A stretch of DNA of 61,174 nt, the filler included. It is 5 parts of 5 records of this genome, joined end to end, with 100 filler letters (N's around TTAATTAATTAA, not from the genome) between each part and the next. Parts side by side here need not be neighbours in the genome. Positions count along the whole stretch, not along the records: positions 55,554 to 61,174 come from SRR31156797_1252; 4 more parts are not named here. One strand, written 5' to 3'. This document shows positions 55,554 through 61,174 of the stretch, piece by piece. The position numbers and the translations under genes are program-made. Positions within the stretch are counted from its first letter, which is position 1; each line of letters opens with the position of its first letter. The notes beneath the pieces were generated by a model, which had not been told where the DNA came from, searched no databases, and worked only from the letters and a program-made list of their open reading frames with translations.

Positions 55554-56762
55554 ATTTTAGATATGAAACTTCAAAGATTAACAGGTCTTGAGAGAGAAAA
55601 AATCGATAATGAATATGCTGAACTTATCAAAACTATAGGAGAATTAAAAGCAATCTTAGATGATGATGATAAAGTATATGAAATCATTAGAGAAGAGCTT
55701 CAGGATATCAAAGAAAGATTTGGAGATGAAAGAAGAACTGTAATCGAAGATGATAGATTTGAAATCAATATAGAAGATCTTATTGCAGATGAGAAGATGA
55801 TTGTAACCCTTACAAATAAAGGTTATATTAAAAGAATGCCTCTTGAAAAGTATAAAGCTCAAAAAAGGGGAGGTAAAGGTATATCTACTCAAAACACTGT
55901 TGAAGGTGATTTCGTAGAGAATATGTATACTGCTACTAACCTTGATACTTTAATGATCTTTACAGATAAAGGAAAAGCATATAACTTAAAAGTATATGAA
56001 ATTCCTGAATCTTCAAGACAAGCAAGAGGAAGATTAATAGCTAATCTTGTAAACCTTGATGAAGATGAAAAAGTTAGAACTATCATTAAAGTAAGAGACT
56101 TCGATGAAAACACAGAAGTATTTTTCCTAACTAAACATGGTAGGTCTAAGAAAACTAATCTTGATCTGTTCAAAAATATGAATAAATCAGGAATCATAGC
56201 AATCAAACTTGATGCTTCTGACGATCTGATGTATGTTGGACTTATTGGAGACGAAAGAGATGAAATTTTCGTAGCTACAAGAAAAGGTTACTCAATAAGA
56301 TTCCCTCAGGATAATATTAGATCAATGGGAAGAAATGCAGCCGGAGTTAAAGGTATTACACTTAGAAGTAGAGATGAAGTTGTTTCTGGTTGTGTAATAA
56401 ACAACATGGAAGCAAGAATTCTTACAATTACTGAATTAGGTTATGGTAAGAGAACTGATCTTGACGATTATCCACTTCAATCAAGAGGAGGAAAAGGTGT
56501 AATCAATATCAAATCTAATGTTAAAACAGGTGATGTTGTTGAAATTAAACTTGTAACTGATGATGAAGAGTTGATGGCTATTACTTCAAATGGTGTTGTA
56601 ATAAGAACACCTGTTGATACAATATCTTGTATAGGTAGATCTACACAGGGTGTAAAAGTAATGAGAGTTTCTGATGACGAAAAAGTTGTTTCTATTGTTA
56701 AAGTTAAGAAAAACATGGAAGAAGTTTTAGAAGAAGAAGTTCTTGAAGAAGAAAATGAATAA
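55554..56762 (+). CDS. gyrA: DNA gyrase subunit A, C-terminal part (5'-truncated)
   Basis: ILDMKLQRLTGLE, FGDERRT, GyrA-box QKRGGKG, pinwheel repeats (GRNAAGVKGI, SRGGKG, GRSTQGV), acidic tail. Confidence 0.95.
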   Translation: MLDMKLQRLTGLEREKIDNEYAELIKTIGELKAILDDDDKVYEIIREELQDIKERFGDERRTVIEDDRFEINIEDLIADEKMIVTLTNKGYIKRMPLEKYKAQKRGGKGISTQNTVEGDFVENMYTATNLDTLMIFTDKGKAYNLKVYEIPESSRQARGRLIANLVNLDEDEKVRTIIKVRDFDENTEVFFLTKHGRSKKTNLDLFKNMNKSGIIAIKLDASDDLMYVGLIGDERDEIFVATRKGYSIRFPQDNIRSMGRNAAGVKGITLRSRDEVVSGCVINNMEARILTITELGYGKRTDLDDYPLQSRGGKGVINIKSNVKTGDVVEIKLVTDDEELMAITSNGVVIRTPVDTISCIGRSTQGVKVMRVSDDEKVVSIVKVKKNMEEVLEEEVLEEENE

Positions 56763-56766
56763 TAAA

Positions 56767-56806
56767 TAAAATAAAAATGCCTGCGATTGCGGGCATTTTT
56801 ATTTTA
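56767..56806. terminator. Bidirectional terminator between gyrA and the HDOD gene
   Basis: AAAATAAAAATGCCTGC-GATT-GCGGGCATTTTTATTTT. Confidence 0.8.
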
Positions 56807-56816
56807 TAAAGAATTA

Positions 56817-57671
56817 TTAAGCTAATAAAGTTAGGAATGATTTTTTTTCTTCTAACTCGAGATCTAGTTTCTTTAATATTATTTTTAATTCATCTTGCTT
56901 AATTCCAAATTTTTCAAGTGTTCTTCTTGAAAGATGAACTTTTCCTGAGTTACCACTATCTCCTAGTTTTTTGAATCTTACTAATAAATCAGCAATATGA
57001 ACAGCGTATATAATATCTTTATACTCTGTTTTATCACTTAAATCAGGAGTATGATGATAAAAAATAGTTGAGATAATACTTTCAGGAAGCTTCCAGTTTG
57101 AAGTTATCTTTTTACCTATTATACAGTGATTGATACCCATAATCTCATTTTCAGCTTCAAGTAGGTCTTTTCCCTGATTTTTAGAGATATCAATTGCTTT
57201 TTTGAAGTCATCATAAAATATCTGATCTTCGAATATTTTAGCAACATCATGTAATAATCCTGCTGTAAATACTAAATCCTTATTAGGGATATTTTTGTAA
57301 TCAGCCAGTATCTTTGCTGCTGTTGCTACAGCAAATGAATGAACCCATAACGTTCCGCCTTTAAAATAGTTGGCTTTAAAAAATAGCTCCTGCATACTAC
57401 TAAGAACAATTAGTTCTTTAATATTATTGAATCCTAACATTACAATAGCATCTTTTAGAGTAGCTACTTTGTTGTTCATACCATAATAGGCAGAATTAAC
57501 TAACTTTAGAGTTTTTAAAGTTATGGCAGGGTCCCCATGCATGATCTCTTCGATAGTTTTAGCGTTACTTTTAGGACTATCTAATTGATGTAGGATTTCA
57601 TTTATAACATTAGGAAGAGTTGGGATTGATGTAATTCCGTCTAAAATTTTTCTTGTTTTAATATTATCCAT
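56817..57671 (-). CDS. HDOD domain protein
   Basis: IPTLP, DPAITLKTLKLVNSAYYG, AIVMLG, WVHS, AGLLHDVAK, WKLP, YHH. Confidence 0.92.
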   Translation of the reverse strand: MDNIKTRKILDGITSIPTLPNVINEILHQLDSPKSNAKTIEEIMHGDPAITLKTLKLVNSAYYGMNNKVATLKDAIVMLGFNNIKELIVLSSMQELFFKANYFKGGTLWVHSFAVATAAKILADYKNIPNKDLVFTAGLLHDVAKIFEDQIFYDDFKKAIDISKNQGKDLLEAENEIMGINHCIIGKKITSNWKLPESIISTIFYHHTPDLSDKTEYKDIIYAVHIADLLVRFKKLGDSGNSGKVHLSRRTLEKFGIKQDELKIILKKLDLELEEKKSFLTLLA

Positions 57672-57791
57672 TTTAAATCATCCTTATCTTTTTTTAATAT
57701 TTTAATTATATAATGTTTTTATTAAAATTAAATTTGAACAAACTTGCTATAGTTTAATAATAGCTTCAAACGGTATAAAAATCAATAATAT

Positions 57792-57820
57792 TTGACTTTA
57801 CAAAAGATATATGATACTTT
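57792..57820 (+). promoter_or_regulatory. Putative sigma70 promoter for the SLH/porin gene
   Basis: TTGACT, 17 bp, TGnTACTTT. Confidence 0.5.
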
Positions 57821-57862
57821 ATATGTTGGAAAAGTGTGTTGCATTACTCGGGAGGTAAGATA

Positions 57863-59959
57863 ATGAAAAACATAAAAAAAATACTAATAGGACTAGCACT
57901 ACTAAGTCAGGCAGCCTTTGCATATGATGACGTAGATAGTGAAAGTTGGGAAGGAAAAGCTATTAAGCAGTTGTATGAAAAAGGCATACTGACTCCTGTA
58001 TTAATGGAACAAAATTCCTTTGAAGGAGAGAAAACTTTTTCAAGATACGAAGTTGCTTCCCTTCTATATAATACTATAAAATATAACAGTGAGCAACTGA
58101 AAAAAAATGTTGATACTCAGGATATAATTATACTGAAAGCCTTAATTTCAGAATATGGAAACGAGCTAGGGCAATTAGGTGCCAGAAATGATGAATTACA
58201 AAAGGAATTACAAAAAACTGAAGATAGATTGAATGATAGAATAGATTCAAAATTCTTTGAGTTGAAAGAAGAAATGGATAGAGTTAGAATTAATGGTGAT
58301 ATCACTCTTTCTAAAACTCTTAAGGATAAAGAAGGAGATACTGGTTATAGTGATTTCCAAGCTGGTGGTGAAATTAATTTATTAACTAAAATAAATGATG
58401 ATATCAAAGCTGAATTTAAACTTGATCCTGAAGAAGGTCTTGAATCATATGAATTAAGAATGAAAGATGAAAGATTTGAATTGATTGTATTCGAAGATGA
58501 ATCTGGAGATAAAAGATTACCAACTTTCAAAAGTACAGTTGGAATTTTAGATGGTGATGTTGTTGATGTACAGGACGCAGCTATTGCTAAAGGAGCCTTC
58601 GGAGGCAAAGACTATACTGCAGTTCTGGGAAGTGCAACAGCAGGAGATATCTTTGCAATTGAATGGGAAGGTACATATAATTACTTCGATGCGAGAGAGG
58701 GAACTACATCTGATTTAGCACTATCTTATTCGATATTAGATAATGCTGATAGCGGATTGAGAAAAGAGATTTTCTCATTTGCTCCTAATTTCGAATTTAC
58801 TTTAAGTGAAAGAACAAAAACATATTTAGACTTTGAATATGCTTCAATGAGTAATACAGAGGAGTACAGTTTAGGTGGAGATGCAATTGAGTATACTCTT
58901 CCGGCTGATGATACAACAGCAATTTTATTATACAATAGAGTAGAAACAACACTTGATAATGGAGATAAAAGAATATTAACTTTCTCAGGTTTAAATACAG
59001 GTACTGATTTCGATATTGATGGTATCGGTGATGTAAATAAAACACCGTTTAGAGAAACAGATTTAGTTAAAACGGAATCAAATAAAATGGGTGCAGTTAT
59101 TGGAGGAGAGTATAAAAGTAGTGAGTTAGGAACTTCAATCTACTATTCAGCATATGGCTCTAATGATCCTGCAGATGAAAAAGAGGATAGATATGAATTA
59201 TCTACTCTTTATTCACCTAAAAGATCTAATTACAAATTAGGGTTAGATCTACTGCAAGATAAATCATATGATTATAACAGTGATGAAGATGATACAACTC
59301 TTTATACCAGATATATCGCTATGCCTAAGCTTTATTTAAATGATATGTTAAAAGATGATTCAGAAAATAAATTTATGTACGCTGCTATTCAAAATGAAAG
59401 TACAGATATAAACTCTTGGAAAATCTATGGTGATCATACACAGTTTATGGAAGATAATAAAAGTGTAAAATATGTTTCACAATATTTCGATAATAGAGAA
59501 AATGAGAGTACAAACCTAGAATTCGGATGGAATTTTGAGAGAAAAAATATGAAGATTGGCGAAGGTGAAAAAGAGAAACCTGCTGATCTGTTAATAGGAG
59601 CAAGATATACTGATTTAGCTTATGACTCAAAAAATCTTGATGATGAAAAATCATATAGATTATTCTTTGCTCAAAAAATCTATTATAAACAATGGACTTT
59701 CTTATGGGGAGCAAAATATCAAATGGACCTAGAAAGAGAAAGTGCAACATCTTCATTAGAAGACCTTAATGAATCAGATAACATTAAAGTTGGATTTGAT
59801 TTTGAGTATGATTTCTCTGATGATGTAAAAATTAGCTTAATTTACGGACCAGCTGAAATTTATGAAGCAGATGATGAAGATGATTTCTTATATGACAGAA
59901 CATCAGCATTTGATGGTGAGCAAAATCAGGCAACATTTGAAATTAGTGCAAAATTCTAA
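57863..59959 (+). CDS. SLH domain, coiled coil and predicted outer-membrane beta-barrel protein (OmpM/SomA-like architecture)
   Basis: Signal peptide AAFA. SLH-like DVDSESW...AIKQLYEKGIL...FEGEKTFSRYEVASLL. Stalk LKALISEYGNELGQLGAR. Alternating beta-strand region ending in ATFEISAKF (terminal Phe). ATG 57863 after GGAGG. Confidence 0.78.
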   Translation: MKNIKKILIGLALLSQAAFAYDDVDSESWEGKAIKQLYEKGILTPVLMEQNSFEGEKTFSRYEVASLLYNTIKYNSEQLKKNVDTQDIIILKALISEYGNELGQLGARNDELQKELQKTEDRLNDRIDSKFFELKEEMDRVRINGDITLSKTLKDKEGDTGYSDFQAGGEINLLTKINDDIKAEFKLDPEEGLESYELRMKDERFELIVFEDESGDKRLPTFKSTVGILDGDVVDVQDAAIAKGAFGGKDYTAVLGSATAGDIFAIEWEGTYNYFDAREGTTSDLALSYSILDNADSGLRKEIFSFAPNFEFTLSERTKTYLDFEYASMSNTEEYSLGGDAIEYTLPADDTTAILLYNRVETTLDNGDKRILTFSGLNTGTDFDIDGIGDVNKTPFRETDLVKTESNKMGAVIGGEYKSSELGTSIYYSAYGSNDPADEKEDRYELSTLYSPKRSNYKLGLDLLQDKSYDYNSDEDDTTLYTRYIAMPKLYLNDMLKDDSENKFMYAAIQNESTDINSWKIYGDHTQFMEDNKSVKYVSQYFDNRENESTNLEFGWNFERKNMKIGEGEKEKPADLLIGARYTDLAYDSKNLDDEKSYRLFFAQKIYYKQWTFLWGAKYQMDLERESATSSLEDLNESDNIKVGFDFEYDFSDDVKISLIYGPAEIYEADDEDDFLYDRTSAFDGEQNQATFEISAKF

Positions 59960-59973
59960 ATAATATAGACTAT

Positions 59974-60005
59974 AAAGACGGAGTAGATTTACTTCGTCTT
60001 TTTTT
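59974..60005 (+). terminator. Intrinsic terminator
   Basis: AAGACGGAGTA-GATT-TACTTCGTCTT followed by a T-run. Confidence 0.75.
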
Positions 60006-60227
60006 GATTTAATTATATTATTCAGGAAATTAAAAATTTTCTAATTTTTTTTGAAGGAAAAAAGAATAAAAAAGTGAATAACTTTAGTGAGAAGAGAGTT
60101 CAACTTTGTTATCGAAAGAGCTTTGAATGACATCAATAAAATATAAACCATCCAAAGCTTAAATTTGGTCTATGTAGTCATTGTTTACCAAATAATGTAT
60201 ACTATATCTATTTTTATGAAAGGATGA

Positions 60228-61007
60228 GTGATTGAATTGTTTAAAAGAGTTCTAGTTCAGATTGTAACAGAAGAAGAAGTTGAGCATCTTACCAGATATG
60301 CTAAAGTGTTAAAAGGGAAATATCCGGATGTAGAAATATGTGGAATATATATTAAGGATTTGGAAAAATATGATATCCCTACTACATCACTTTATGGAGA
60401 ATTTCTAAGTATTGACTCAACTGATCAATGGAACAGACTTGAGAATGAAAGAGCAGAGAAAATACAGAAAAAATTTCTAGAGCTAATGCCTGACGCGAAG
60501 TTTTATACTAAATTAGGTCATGCCTCAATTATAGTTTTAAACGAGCTGAGACTGTTTGATATGCTTGTTTTATCAAAACCTGGAAGATTAACTCATGAAA
60601 TCAAAGAAGTCCTCAGAACACACCATAAACCAATATTAATGGTACCTGAAGCTACTAAATATGGATTTGAAAAAATCTTAGTGGCTGATGATCAAAGACT
60701 TGAAGTAAATAAAGCTCTTTTCAATTTTATGGATCTATTTAATGACATAACTAATTTCAATGCAGTTACAGTTAATCCGGATGAAGATGAAACTATTGAC
60801 CTGAATATTTATCTAAGTAAAGTCGGTAAAAAAATAGAACATGATTTTAAAAAGGGACATGTTGATGAAGTAATAATGAATACTTCCGAAGCTTATGATC
60901 TGGTTATATTAGGGGATCTTAAATATTCATTTATGATTGAAAGAATTGCCGGGAAAGCAGGAATTAAGTTATTAGAACTACTTAAAAAGCCTATTTTTAT
61001 TGCATAA
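60228..61007 (+). CDS. Universal stress protein-like (tandem USP fold)
   Basis: Two alpha/beta units: FDMLVLS...HKPILMVP, and KILVADD...YDLVILG...KKPIFIA. Confidence 0.75.
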   Translation: MIELFKRVLVQIVTEEEVEHLTRYAKVLKGKYPDVEICGIYIKDLEKYDIPTTSLYGEFLSIDSTDQWNRLENERAEKIQKKFLELMPDAKFYTKLGHASIIVLNELRLFDMLVLSKPGRLTHEIKEVLRTHHKPILMVPEATKYGFEKILVADDQRLEVNKALFNFMDLFNDITNFNAVTVNPDEDETIDLNIYLSKVGKKIEHDFKKGHVDEVIMNTSEAYDLVILGDLKYSFMIERIAGKAGIKLLELLKKPIFIA

Positions 61008-61028
61008 AATATGTATATGAACAAAAAT

Positions 61029-61053
61029 AAGCAGCTGAAAGGCTGCTTTTTTT
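61029..61053 (+). terminator. Intrinsic terminator
   Basis: AAGCAGC-TGAAAG-GCTGCTT followed by a T-run. Confidence 0.75.
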
Positions 61054-61174
61054 ATGCGAGTGATTAAACTATTATTATTATGTATATAAACAAAAATAAA
61101 AATAGTAGCTTTGACTTTTGAAACTTAATAAAATGAACTTCTCCTAAAACCGAACAAATTCAAAATTGCCTTTC

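Noticed and set aside
60060-60227. Leader of the USP gene as a riboswitch
   Set aside because: I could not recognise any conserved riboswitch core or convincing terminator/antiterminator pair.

Overview
This is not one genomic locus. It is five unrelated contigs joined by 100-nt artificial spacers (N-run, TTAATTAATTAA, N-run) at 18164-18263, 30941-31040, 46774-46873 and 55454-55553, so synteny only counts within each block. (1) 1-18163: AT-rich housekeeping region, Fusobacteriota-like by gene order (inference): mreB, degenerate GH15-like protein, scpB, rluB, pilT, pabC-like, ftsI-like PBP, pabB-like, priA, def, fmt, rex, folD, NifB/NifX-like, thpR and an orphan SBP. It ends in the 3' part of a ferrosome (fez)-like cluster: P1B-ATPase with HNxxT, an HMA2/R-rich membrane protein and a small GxxxG protein. 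(2) 18264-30940: Desulfobacterota-like contig. It carries an AT-rich, Cys-rich, toxin-like lipoprotein divergent from an OmpR-type regulator and a 7TM-DISM kinase, a GTDC1/QTMAN-like glycosyltransferase, and a lipoate-assembly operon (LplAB fused to a Cys-rich DUF116-like domain, LipT-like flavoprotein, LipS1, LipS2). A Cys-motif protein, tatA and the 3' end of ssb follow. (3) 31041-46773: Firmicutes-like pectin/galacturonate operon on the minus strand: uxaB, uxaA, uxaC, TIM-barrel isomerase, an ABC importer with two ATPases and five extra uncharacterised membrane proteins, GH28 and GH105. (4) 46874-55453: Desulfobacterota-like contig with tandem repeats, a bestrophin-like channel, fabD followed by a four-subunit 2-oxoacid:ferredoxin oxidoreductase (Vor-type), an XRE-cupin regulator and a 7TM-DISM diguanylate cyclase. 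(5) 55554-61174: AT-rich contig with the gyrA 3' part, an HDOD protein, an SLH-coiled coil-beta-barrel (OmpM-like) protein and a universal stress protein. I recognised no rRNA, tRNA, CRISPR array or intact transposase. Best candidates for new biology: the Lpl-DUF116 lipoate operon, the fez-like cluster, the regulated toxin-like lipoprotein island and the expanded pectin ABC importer. All calls come from motif recognition by eye; no searches were run.
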